Source of the DNA: an uncultured virus (IMG/VR IMGVR_UViG_3300031787_008607)
Taxonomy: Duplodnaviria > Heunggongvirae > Uroviricota > Caudoviricetes
Strand: one strand, 5' to 3'
DNA: 20,000 nucleotides
Virus record (IMG/VR): IMGVR_UViG_3300031787_008607
Location: 112,706 to 132,705 of that record
This document shows positions 8,138 to 17,376 of this stretch, one piece after another; the first letter of the stretch is position 1; the number at the start of each line of letters is the position of its first letter. Under the pieces are notes generated by a model. It was not told the DNA's origin, made no database searches, and worked only from the letters and a program-made list of their open reading frames with translations. Both the position numbers and the translations under genes were made by a program.

Positions 8138-9061
8138 TTATTTAACAAATTCATTAATTAAATTATTCCATTTTTCACGACAACGTTCTAAAGTATATTC
8201 TTTTGAATAATATTCTCGTGGTGAAAAAAGATTTCGATTACTAATAACGTATCTTATTGTTTCAGGAAAATTTTCATCGTTAGATACTAACCCCCATGTT
8301 TTATCATCTTGTCTATCTAAATAACATCCCATAGGTCTTGCAACCATTGGTATGTCACATGCACCTATTTCAATTCCTGCAAAATGACCTTCTTCATTTC
8401 CTGATGTACAAATACCACACACTGATGAATTTATTAAAAGTCTAACTGTATTTGTGTCAACTCTGTTAAATATTCTTACTCTATTTCTATTATGTTCAGG
8501 AATTGCGTCAATAGTTGTATTATCTTTCATTACTAAACAAAAATTAAAATCCGTCATTGTTTCAATGAGGTTTAAAACTCTATGAAATCCTTTTTTTTCA
8601 TGAGAAGAATCACCTATAAAAATAATTGAATTAGGTAAAACTTCTGGATGTCTTTCAGGAATAGGTTTAAAAAAATTAAAATCTGATGATTGTTCAATTA
8701 CTCTTACATTTTTTGGATTAATTCTTTCTTTATAAAGATTATACGTTTGTTTAGACGCAAATACAACACAAGTACATGAATTTATAACTTCAGTTTGCAT
8801 TGGATTATCCATAGTATCTTGTATTAGACAGAATGTTGGGACATCAATATTAAGTTTACGAAAATAACTTCCATTTCTAATTATATAATCAGGGCGCTCT
8901 CTAATAGATTCTATTTTATCAGCTAATATTGCATAACTTGTATATCCGTCACATTTATCTTGAAGGCCTGGAAACCATTCTAATAGGTCATGCCAAAATG
9001 TTCTCGTGTTTGGAATACACGTAAGTGTATCGTTAACTAACCACCCAATTTTATTATCCAT
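8138..9061 (-). CDS. Glycosyltransferase, GT-B/GT4-like
   Basis: IIFIG...KKGF and EEGHFAGIEIGACDIPMVA (E-x7-E motif). Confidence 0.8.
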   Translation of the reverse strand: MDNKIGWLVNDTLTCIPNTRTFWHDLLEWFPGLQDKCDGYTSYAILADKIESIRERPDYIIRNGSYFRKLNIDVPTFCLIQDTMDNPMQTEVINSCTCVVFASKQTYNLYKERINPKNVRVIEQSSDFNFFKPIPERHPEVLPNSIIFIGDSSHEKKGFHRVLNLIETMTDFNFCLVMKDNTTIDAIPEHNRNRVRIFNRVDTNTVRLLINSSVCGICTSGNEEGHFAGIEIGACDIPMVARPMGCYLDRQDDKTWGLVSNDENFPETIRYVISNRNLFSPREYYSKEYTLERCREKWNNLINEFVK

Positions 9062-9069
9062 AGTATGTT

Positions 9070-10041
9070 TTATTTTTTATAAATGTTTAACCAATAATCA
9101 ATCATTTCATCCATCATTGTCTCAAAACTATATTCAGGTTTCCATCCTAAAGACCTAATTTTACTTGAGTCACCTTTAAGGTATGGTAATTCTTCAGGAC
9201 GTAAAAACTTATCATTTTGAACAACATAGTCTTTATAATTTAAATTTAATTTACTAAAAACATATTCACACATATCTCTAACTGACCTTGACTCCCCAGT
9301 TGCCACAACTAAGTCGACTGGTTTATCCTGTTGTAATATTAAATGCATTGCTTTTACATAGTCTTTGGAATGTCCCCAATCTCTATATGAATCCATGTTA
9401 CCAAGTTCTAATTTATCAGATAAACCTAAACTTATCATCACCGCGGCTTTAACTACTTTATTAGTAACAAAATTAGAACCTCTACGAGGAGATTCATGAT
9501 TGAATAAAATACCATTATTAGCATGTAAATTATATGCGTTTCTATAATTTCGAACAATATTATACCCAAATACTTTACTACATCCATATGGTGAAACTGG
9601 ATTCATATGAGTTGTTTCTCTTTGGTACCCATCAGGGTCTACCGAACTTCCAAACATTTCCGAACTACTTGCTTGATAAAATTTTGCGTTAGGACAAACT
9701 CTACGATAAGCATCTAAAATATTTAAAACACCTAAAGAATTAACTTGTGATGTAAATTGTGGGATATCGTAACTAATACGTACATGACTTTGAGCGGCTA
9801 AGTTGTATATTTCGTCAGGTTGTATTTCACTTAATAATCTTTCAATATTAGATTGGTCTAACAAGTCACCATAATATATATTTATTTTGTCTCGAATTTC
9901 GTCAAGTCTACTTTGTTGGTGTTCAGGTGTAGAATTTCTTCGTATAATACCATGAACTTCATATCCTAATGATAAAAGATATTCCGCTAGATATGACCCA
10001 TCTTGGCCACCCACACCGGTTATAAATGCACGTTTAATCAT
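9070..10041 (-). CDS. gmd: GDP-mannose 4,6-dehydratase
   Basis: ITGVGGQDGSYLAEYLL, YNLAAQSHV, FYQASSSEMFG, SPYGCSK, GILFNHESPRRG and RDWGH. Confidence 0.97.
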   Translation of the reverse strand: MIKRAFITGVGGQDGSYLAEYLLSLGYEVHGIIRRNSTPEHQQSRLDEIRDKINIYYGDLLDQSNIERLLSEIQPDEIYNLAAQSHVRISYDIPQFTSQVNSLGVLNILDAYRRVCPNAKFYQASSSEMFGSSVDPDGYQRETTHMNPVSPYGCSKVFGYNIVRNYRNAYNLHANNGILFNHESPRRGSNFVTNKVVKAAVMISLGLSDKLELGNMDSYRDWGHSKDYVKAMHLILQQDKPVDLVVATGESRSVRDMCEYVFSKLNLNYKDYVVQNDKFLRPEELPYLKGDSSKIRSLGWKPEYSFETMMDEMIDYWLNIYKK

Positions 10042-10050
10042 ATTTTATTT

Positions 10051-10659
10051 TTAACTTTTAAAAAAATTCATTTTAGTCAAATCTGGCCAATCCTCATATT
10101 TCCATTTTCTAGGATTTGTATTAATGGCATTAGATAATTTATCTAATCCTAATTTAGCGGTTTCAGGAGTCATATAGTAATGGTAACCCATTGTATCGAT
10201 ATTTTGTTCTCTCCATGGAATATTGGGTAGTCTACCGTCATAACTCATTTTTTTTAACTGAATAGCATCTTGTTCGTTGTCCAAAAGAATCATTCCACCT
10301 CTACCTAAACTTAAATGTTTTTGAAATTGAAAACTTAAACACATATACGTATTTGGAATATAACTGTCTTTTTTCCACAGTACTGCTGCGTCAATTATTT
10401 TTTTTTCTTCGTAATTTAAAGTGTAGTAATCTTCCCATTTTTCATCTCTCCATTCTAATCCAATCCCCAATTTTTTAGACAACATGGGTACGGATAAATA
10501 AGTTCGTAATGGGACGTTAATTTTAGTAGTATTTGTTAATCTTAAACATAACTCTATACCATGAGTACAACTATCTACAGCAACTGCGTAAGGGGCGTTG
10601 TAAAATTGTGATATCTTTTTTTCAAATTCCGTCACAGTATCCATATTCACTTGTTCCAT
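10051..10659 (-). CDS. Miniature DegT/DnrJ/EryC1/StrS PLP-dependent sugar aminotransferase (202 aa)
   Basis: FEKKI..YAVAVDSCT, DAA, SFQFQKHLSLGRGGMI (PLP Lys) and MGYHYYM. About half the usual length. Confidence 0.8.
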   Translation of the reverse strand: MEQVNMDTVTEFEKKISQFYNAPYAVAVDSCTHGIELCLRLTNTTKINVPLRTYLSVPMLSKKLGIGLEWRDEKWEDYYTLNYEEKKIIDAAVLWKKDSYIPNTYMCLSFQFQKHLSLGRGGMILLDNEQDAIQLKKMSYDGRLPNIPWREQNIDTMGYHYYMTPETAKLGLDKLSNAINTNPRKWKYEDWPDLTKMNFFKS

Positions 10660-10663
10660 AAGA

Positions 10664-11188
10664 TTAATAATTATATCCTAATTTTTTCGCGTTGTAAAGT
10701 ATTCTTGTACTATCTATTTTTTTAACTAAAATTGCTGGATTTCCCTTATATACCCCCCATTCTTCAGTATCACCCATTAATAAACTACCTGCGGATAATA
10801 GAACACCACGTCTTAATCTTGAGCCGGGTAATACAATAGAATTTGTTCCGATATTAGAAAATTCTTCCATAAGAACAGGTTTAATTATTTGAGTACCTTT
10901 TAATTCTTCAGGTATCATCGCTCCAAATAATCCACTATCATCAAATCTATCTGAACCACATACAATTCTAGCTCCGGCCATTATGTTATTAAACCCTTTG
11001 GCCGTAAAATCTGAGTTTTTACCACCTATAATTGTTACATAAGGACTAATATGTGTATAATCACCAATATATAATTTTGTTGTACAATAAAATCCTTTAT
11101 CTATTGCAACATGACTACCTATAACACAATTATTTTTTTCTTTTATTATTATATCTAAATCTAAAACAACATCACTACCTATTTTCAT
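10664..11188 (-). CDS. Left-handed beta-helix (hexapeptide) sugar acetyltransferase
   Basis: Hexapeptide repeats VIGSHV, YIGDYT and NIGTNSIVLPG, and C-terminal GVYKGNPA. ATG at 11188 (TGATG overlap) is preferred over TTG at 11191. Confidence 0.85.
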   Translation of the reverse strand: MKIGSDVVLDLDIIIKEKNNCVIGSHVAIDKGFYCTTKLYIGDYTHISPYVTIIGGKNSDFTAKGFNNIMAGARIVCGSDRFDDSGLFGAMIPEELKGTQIIKPVLMEEFSNIGTNSIVLPGSRLRRGVLLSAGSLLMGDTEEWGVYKGNPAILVKKIDSTRILYNAKKLGYNY

Positions 11189-11598
11189 CAAATAAAAGTT
11201 TTATCAATTGTTTGACCAAAATATGGCCCTGTTTTGTATTCATATACAATAGTATCGTCTTCTAAAATCAAATAATTATGACCACCATTAAATGTAAAAC
11301 TAATATCACCTGCGGATAATATAGGTTCCGCAATTATATTATCATCAATGTCATAGAAAATACATTTTACCTTTCCTTTTATAACACACCAACTTTCCTG
11401 AGGTATGTAATTTTCATCATGTCTTGGGATTATATTATGTTTGTGAGGTTTAAATGTATGTCCTTTAGATAATTTTAAACTGGCACATTGAAGGTAGTTT
11501 TTATCTAAGCTTAAATCAGTTCGTTCAGAAGTAACATCAGATAATCTCACAATTTGATGAAGGAGTTCTCCATTAATTTTAGAATATATTTTTTCCAT
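11188..11598 (-). CDS. WbuC-like cupin metalloprotein
   Basis: PHKH...QE cupin motif 1, GGH motif 2 and C-terminal EYKTGPY. Confidence 0.65.
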   Translation of the reverse strand: MEKIYSKINGELLHQIVRLSDVTSERTDLSLDKNYLQCASLKLSKGHTFKPHKHNIIPRHDENYIPQESWCVIKGKVKCIFYDIDDNIIAEPILSAGDISFTFNGGHNYLILEDDTIVYEYKTGPYFGQTIDKTFI

Positions 11599-11622
11599 TT
11601 TATTTTGTATATCTTTAATATT

Positions 11623-12348
11623 TTAATCGTCTTTTTCACCTTCTTGTATATGATAAACTAATGAATCAAATACTGTAACATGTCTCATCCCATAAGTTGA
11701 TTCTAATTTTCTAAAATACCAGTCATCTCCACTTTGAACAAACCCATTTAAAGTACCAACTCCATCAGTATAAATGTTACCTTCAGGATACATACCACTT
11801 TCAATAAATCGAGTTTTTTCAAAAATACATGGCATGTATAAACCACCTGAATAAATGTTATCCTCCCTCATAGATGTATTAACTTTTTCCCAAAGTTCAT
11901 AATCAATTTTTTTAGGACTTTTACCACAATCAATACTAATACCATAAGTTCCACTCCTCATTTTACCACTCTCAACTAATCTAGATGTTGGTATATTAGT
12001 ACCATCGTGATGTTTTAATAAATTTTCTAACCATCCATTACTAAAGACCATATCTGAATTAACAAAACAAATATTATCTGATTTACTAGTTTTACCGGCG
12101 TAATTCCAACATCTATAAACTCTATTTAAATAATAATCATTAGGAATTGGGTCATTATAAATTGAATATGGTATATCTAATTTTGTTAATTTATTTATAA
12201 TCTCATCTGTTGCATCATTTGCGACAATTCTTATTGAGACATCCCAACCATTAACTTTACATTTTTCACTAGTTAATTCTTTATGTATTAAATCTAAGTA
12301 TTCTACTGATTTAAAAATTAATGAAATAATTTCAATTGATTTCTTCAT
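11623..12348 (-). CDS. GT-A/GT2-like glycosyltransferase
   Basis: IVANDA, WNYAG, ICFVNSDMVFSNGWLENL, SGDD and VYH. Confidence 0.75.
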   Translation of the reverse strand: MKKSIEIISLIFKSVEYLDLIHKELTSEKCKVNGWDVSIRIVANDATDEIINKLTKLDIPYSIYNDPIPNDYYLNRVYRCWNYAGKTSKSDNICFVNSDMVFSNGWLENLLKHHDGTNIPTSRLVESGKMRSGTYGISIDCGKSPKKIDYELWEKVNTSMREDNIYSGGLYMPCIFEKTRFIESGMYPEGNIYTDGVGTLNGFVQSGDDWYFRKLESTYGMRHVTVFDSLVYHIQEGEKDD

Positions 12349-13126
12349 TTTGTTTTTTAAAAATATTAATTATTTTTTCTTTTTCTTTTGGATTAGTTGC
12401 GTCAGTAATTTTAAACCATGAAGGTAATATATTAGTATCTAATTCAACAACTTCTAACGTAGTTTCGTCTAATAATCTCTCAAGTGCCCATCCGTCTTGG
12501 CCATAACTTTTATAAACATTATATTTAGTAATAATTTGATAGTCAGTCGCAAAACCTCTATGTATTATACTATAAGGTATTTTAATGGTTGTTACAATTC
12601 CATTTGGATATTGAGGTTGGTGTAACCCGTGAATTGACTGAAAATTTAAATTTTTATTATTTCTCCATATTGCACAAACCCCATGACTTAAACTATGATA
12701 AGCGTTATCTATTCTATAGTGGATGTCACTTCTCCATAGATTGTAATGACCCAACAATATACCGTCAATATTATTGTTTTTAGCGTAGTTACAAATATCA
12801 ATTAAAATTTTATTGTTATCATTAGTTAAACGACTATCTAAAAGTGAATCACCATCTAACCATATAATAAATTCAGTGTCAGGTTGCTCAAGTAGTAGAG
12901 TATCTAACAATTTTTTCTTACACGATATTTCATTTTTAAAATCATTTATTTCTGACTCAATTACTCGTAAATTAGAAAAATTTTTATAAATTTCTTTACT
13001 ACCATCATCAGAATTTTGGTCGTATACATAAACGTATTCACATATTTCAAACATTTGTTTTAACCAATTATGTAAATTTCCTTTTGATAATTCATTTCTT
13101 AATTGTGTAAATCCTACTATTTTCAT
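12332..13126 (-). CDS. GT-A/GT2-like glycosyltransferase
   Basis: VYDQNSDDGS, WLDGD (DxD), GLH and IIHRG. Confidence 0.75.
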   Translation of the reverse strand: MKIVGFTQLRNELSKGNLHNWLKQMFEICEYVYVYDQNSDDGSKEIYKNFSNLRVIESEINDFKNEISCKKKLLDTLLLEQPDTEFIIWLDGDSLLDSRLTNDNNKILIDICNYAKNNNIDGILLGHYNLWRSDIHYRIDNAYHSLSHGVCAIWRNNKNLNFQSIHGLHQPQYPNGIVTTIKIPYSIIHRGFATDYQIITKYNVYKSYGQDGWALERLLDETTLEVVELDTNILPSWFKITDATNPKEKEKIINIFKKQNEEIN

Positions 13127-13932
13127 TTAATTAAATTATTAATTGTGTATTTATTTTCAATTTTAGTCACATAATTGAATAAGTAATTATTTTTATTCCA
13201 CATTTCCCAAAATTTATTATCCATATTTACTCTATTTGTTACTGTTGCATTTTTATCATTTCCGTAATGCCATAAATGAAGAGCAACAAAATCATCAATA
13301 AACCTTACATTTAATTTAAGACGAATTCTATGTATAAATTCATCATCATCAAACGCTACTCCAGTTGCAAATCTTTCGTCAAATCCTCCTAATTCTTTTA
13401 AATCTTTTTTAGTTATTGCGGTACAAAAATGATAAGATTTTGGTCGATATAATGAATGATTATACCATCCTTCATCACCATCATTAACTACTGATATTTT
13501 TTTATATGTTGAGGGGTTAATAAATGATTTAAAATCATTAAGTTGTAACACTGCCGATGTTTGAATTTCACTTAAAGAATAACAAGCAAATGATAAATAA
13601 TCATTATCAATTAAATTTTCGTTTACAAAATTTAAAATATCATCTGAATGTAAACATTCAGGATTTTGTATAATAATTTTATCACCTGATGCGTGGTTAA
13701 ATCCGACGTTAAAAGGAACACATGGATTTACATACCATTTATCTTTTTTTTCTAATCTAACAATTTTTAAAAAAGGAAATTCGTCTACCAAATCTTCTAA
13801 TCTTTCATCTTCGTGACTACAGTCATCGACAGCGATAACTTCAAAATCAGTAAAACTACTTTTTTTAAAACTTTCTAATGTTTTAATAAATATTTTTTTT
13901 CGATTGTGATACGCAGTAACAATGGAAATCAT
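13123..13932 (-). CDS. GT2 glycosyltransferase with GT7-C-like C-terminal motif
   Basis: MISIV, EVIAVDDCS, FNVG and LGGFDERFATGVAFDDDEF..R...HLWH. The DxD position reads QNPE. Confidence 0.85.
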   Translation of the reverse strand: MISIVTAYHNRKKIFIKTLESFKKSSFTDFEVIAVDDCSHEDERLEDLVDEFPFLKIVRLEKKDKWYVNPCVPFNVGFNHASGDKIIIQNPECLHSDDILNFVNENLIDNDYLSFACYSLSEIQTSAVLQLNDFKSFINPSTYKKISVVNDGDEGWYNHSLYRPKSYHFCTAITKKDLKELGGFDERFATGVAFDDDEFIHRIRLKLNVRFIDDFVALHLWHYGNDKNATVTNRVNMDNKFWEMWNKNNYLFNYVTKIENKYTINNLIK

Positions 13933-14987
13933 AATTTTTCTTTTAATATTTCAATAATTTTGTCGGATGTTTTACCATCTCCTAACCAATCTGTGTTTGA
14001 GTTATAATTTGATAGATAATTAAATGACTCAATCCACGAAACATCTAATTCGTTTACATTAATCATATATGAACATCCAGATTCAACCGATTCAGGTCTT
14101 TCAGTAAAATCTCTTGGGACAATAACTGGAGTATTAAATAAACAAGGTTCTTCTTGAGCTGTACCTGAATCTGAAATTATAAACTTAGAATGGTACATTT
14201 CATTTATATAATTTTTAAAAGATAATAAATCAATTACTTTAATATTTTCTAAATCTAAATTAAATTCGGATATTTTATCAATAGTTCTTTTAAATGATAA
14301 CATTTCAACAGGTATCCCAAATCTTTGGGAACAAATATTAGCATAGTTTAATATGTTTTTTAAACGTTCCTTACTATTAAAATTTTCAGGTCTATGAATA
14401 TCTAAAATTATTTTATTATTTTTTTTAGATTTATTTAATTCTATTTTATTTGCAACCTCTTTAATTGTATTTCCTACAACATAAATTGATTTTGGATTAA
14501 TTGATTCTCTAATCAATTTTTCTTTGTAATTATCATGATAAACAAACAAAAGGTCACTACAATGGTCACAAACAATTCTATTAATTTCTTCAAGCATTCT
14601 TTTATCACCCGACCTCATACCTGCCTCAATGTGGGCAATTTTATACCCCTCTTTTTTAAGAGGTACCGATGCTAAAGCCGAATTTGAATCACCTAAAAAA
14701 ATTATTAAATCAGGATTTATATTTTCATTACGGATTAAGTCAATTATTTTGACAGATAAATCTGCCTGTTGGTGAAAATGTTCTTTTCCCTTTGAGCCGA
14801 TTTCTAAATTAAAATCAGGTTTACGTATTGATAACTCATCAAAAAATACATCAGATAACATTTTATCATAATGTTGTCCTGTGTGTATTAATATATGATT
14901 AAAATTGTTATCTAATTTTTTAAAAATTTCAGACATTCTTATAAAATCGGGTCTAATACCGGTGATAGTTATGATTGTTTTTTTCAT
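13929..14987 (-). CDS. wecB: UDP-N-acetylglucosamine 2-epimerase (non-hydrolysing type)
   Basis: GIRPDFIR, HTGQHYD, GDSNS, HIEAGMRS, EEINR, HRPEN, DSGTAQEE and TERPE. Confidence 0.93.
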   Translation of the reverse strand: MKKTIITITGIRPDFIRMSEIFKKLDNNFNHILIHTGQHYDKMLSDVFFDELSIRKPDFNLEIGSKGKEHFHQQADLSVKIIDLIRNENINPDLIIFLGDSNSALASVPLKKEGYKIAHIEAGMRSGDKRMLEEINRIVCDHCSDLLFVYHDNYKEKLIRESINPKSIYVVGNTIKEVANKIELNKSKKNNKIILDIHRPENFNSKERLKNILNYANICSQRFGIPVEMLSFKRTIDKISEFNLDLENIKVIDLLSFKNYINEMYHSKFIISDSGTAQEEPCLFNTPVIVPRDFTERPESVESGCSYMINVNELDVSWIESFNYLSNYNSNTDWLGDGKTSDKIIEILKEKL

Positions 14988-15871
14988 TGATTTAATATTT
15001 TAATATATTCGTTTGTTATTTCTTTACAAACATTTGACGATTCAAATTGACCAATATTTTCAGGGACATCGTGTAATTTTTTATCAATAATATTCCCATT
15101 ACTATTGATATTATAAATCCAACCCTTTTTGCCACACATCCATCCTTCAATAGTTGTTCTACCCAATAATATACCCGCAGTTTCACCACATTTTTTTGTG
15201 AACTCCTCAACAGAACTTGTTTCACTAAAGTATTTAACATGTGGTTTAGTTGTTAGTTCATTCAAATAATTTGAGTGGTTTTTACCAACTAACCAAAGTT
15301 CTTTATTGTTTTTTTCACAATAATCTGAAATATCAAAAATTGAATTTTTACGTAAATAATCTATAGTACCGACAAAAAGTACTGAGTTAGAATTTTCAGT
15401 ATTGTTTTGATTAAATCTTGATTCATCTATTGGGTTATAAATAATTGTAGTTGAATTAATATCAATTTTAAAATTATTAATAATATGTTGTTTAATTTCA
15501 GGTCTTATACAGATGTATTTTTTAATATTTGGAGAAATTACTGGATTTTCTAATTCAATAACTTCAGAATGAATTGTTGTAATTATTGGTGTGTTTGGGA
15601 ATGCGTGTACCAAAATTTCAACAACAGGATAATGTTGTCCGTGTATTATATCAAAATTTTCATGAACAGGGGCATTGTTGAAATCGTAAACTTTAATTCC
15701 TAATGATTCTGATAGGTATCTTATTGGACCTTCTATTGAAGGTGAAACTACACTAACATCATGTCCGTTTTTAACTAAATTTTTACAAAGTTCAAATACA
15801 TACATTTCAGAACCTGTGAAGTCTCGGTATAAAAGACACCCAAATAAAATTTTTAATTTTTTCTCTTCCAT
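14984..15871 (-). CDS. Compact GT-B/GT4-like glycosyltransferase
   Basis: TGSEMYV..L...L...GHDVSV, DIIHGQH, TIHS, IYNPID..RF, LFVG and GRTTIEGWMCG. Confidence 0.8.
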   Translation of the reverse strand: MEEKKLKILFGCLLYRDFTGSEMYVFELCKNLVKNGHDVSVVSPSIEGPIRYLSESLGIKVYDFNNAPVHENFDIIHGQHYPVVEILVHAFPNTPIITTIHSEVIELENPVISPNIKKYICIRPEIKQHIINNFKIDINSTTIIYNPIDESRFNQNNTENSNSVLFVGTIDYLRKNSIFDISDYCEKNNKELWLVGKNHSNYLNELTTKPHVKYFSETSSVEEFTKKCGETAGILLGRTTIEGWMCGKKGWIYNINSNGNIIDKKLHDVPENIGQFESSNVCKEITNEYIKILNQ

Positions 15872-17376
15872 TAGATTGATAATATAAATTTTTGTAATTT
15901 ATTAAAATTGTTTGAAATAAAAGGCGATAATGTTTTTTTATAATCTTCAATCACTCTTTCATTTTTATCATAATTTAAATTTCTTGTTTGACTTTCATAG
16001 TGATATGATACTAAATTACCATCTAAATAATTAGTATATCCATTTATCAAACATTTTAAATTAAATTCAACATCTTCAAAACATTCAGTATATGATTCAT
16101 TAAAATAATTTAATTTTTCAAAAACCTTTCTATATACCATCATAAGAGCACCTGTAGTGATTGGTACTTTTTTTATTTGATTTTGAAAGTTATAATGAGA
16201 ATTAATACCACTATGGTGCATTTGAATTTTATTTTCTTTATCACTTACAATGATTACTCCATCATGTTGGATTAATTTATTTTTAAAATGTAATCTACAA
16301 CCAACAGTACCAACTGCGGGAATAGTCTTATGTATTTTTAACATACCATAAATCACATCATTTAAAAGTTCAATATCATTGTTACTAAATAAAATGTACG
16401 TATGTTCGTTAAATAAATGATTTTTAACTACATCATTATTAATTTTTGCAAAATTATAATAATCATATTCAATCAACTTTATATTTGAATAATTAAATAT
16501 AAAATTTTTAATAGCTTTTTTTTCAAGTTTAGAAGAACCCGTATCCGCAACAAAAATATCAAAAATAGTTTCATCACAATTATCAAAATAAGATAAAATA
16601 CATTTTTTTAATAAAGAAAAATTATCTTTATGTGGGATAATAATTGCAACTTTACCATCAATTTTTATTGGTTTTCTTTGTATTCTTGGGATATAAATTT
16701 CGGGATAAATTACAATAGGCAAAAATTGTCCGTATTTTTCTAAAAATGTAATTTTACTATTATAAAATTCATGGTTTGGTTGACCAACAGATTGGTGTGT
16801 AATATCGAATGAAAAAGTTACCCCTAATTTAACACCATCCAAAAAATTACTCAAACAAAACGGGTGGTCATAAAAATGAAATTTACCAATAGTTTCATCA
16901 AATGTGTGTTTTATTTTATTTTTATTAAACGATAAAAATAATCCGTCTAATGTGACAACTGGTATTGGTTTAGGTAATTTGGCCGAGTATTTACTAATCC
17001 ACTTTGGTTGACCTTCAGGTTGGTGATACACATGACCGACCATTGTATTGTGCATATTTTCCCAATAAACACCTGATTTAGGAAAATAACATGAACCAGC
17101 CTTACCTAAAATACCAAAATCAAGATTTTCTTCAAAATCTCTTAATAATTTTTTACCCCATCCTTTTTCTAATTTAATATCATTATGACAACAAACAACA
17201 ATATCATAATTTGATTCTGTTATTCCACTATTATAAATTTGAGCCAACGAATATTGATTATTGTTTTGGTATTCTAATATTTGAACATTTTTCAAATCAA
17301 CACTTTCTAATAAATGTTGTTTAAATTTTTTATTATAATTTTCGTCTTTATGTGTTGAGTATATTATTGTTATCAT
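15871..17376 (-). CDS. Two-domain (tandem GT-A) glycosyltransferase
   Basis: Domain 1: IYNSG, VCCHNDI, LDGLF, FHFYD. Domain 2: VAIIIP, VADTGS, NFAKINN, SNNDIE, VGCRL, TGALMM, FEDVEF, HYESQTR. Confidence 0.88.
   Translation of the reverse strand: MITIIYSTHKDENYNKKFKQHLLESVDLKNVQILEYQNNNQYSLAQIYNSGITESNYDIVVCCHNDIKLEKGWGKKLLRDFEENLDFGILGKAGSCYFPKSGVYWENMHNTMVGHVYHQPEGQPKWISKYSAKLPKPIPVVTLDGLFLSFNKNKIKHTFDETIGKFHFYDHPFCLSNFLDGVKLGVTFSFDITHQSVGQPNHEFYNSKITFLEKYGQFLPIVIYPEIYIPRIQRKPIKIDGKVAIIIPHKDNFSLLKKCILSYFDNCDETIFDIFVADTGSSKLEKKAIKNFIFNYSNIKLIEYDYYNFAKINNDVVKNHLFNEHTYILFSNNDIELLNDVIYGMLKIHKTIPAVGTVGCRLHFKNKLIQHDGVIIVSDKENKIQMHHSGINSHYNFQNQIKKVPITTGALMMVYRKVFEKLNYFNESYTECFEDVEFNLKCLINGYTNYLDGNLVSYHYESQTRNLNYDKNERVIEDYKKTLSPFISNNFNKLQKFILSI

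Noticed and set aside
12589..12783. Plus-strand 64-aa ORF
   Set aside because: Antisense shadow within a GT gene.
15016..15240. Minus-strand 74-aa alternative-frame ORF
   Set aside because: Fully nested in the GT at 14984-15871, whose own frame carries the conserved motif, so there is no sign of a frameshift.
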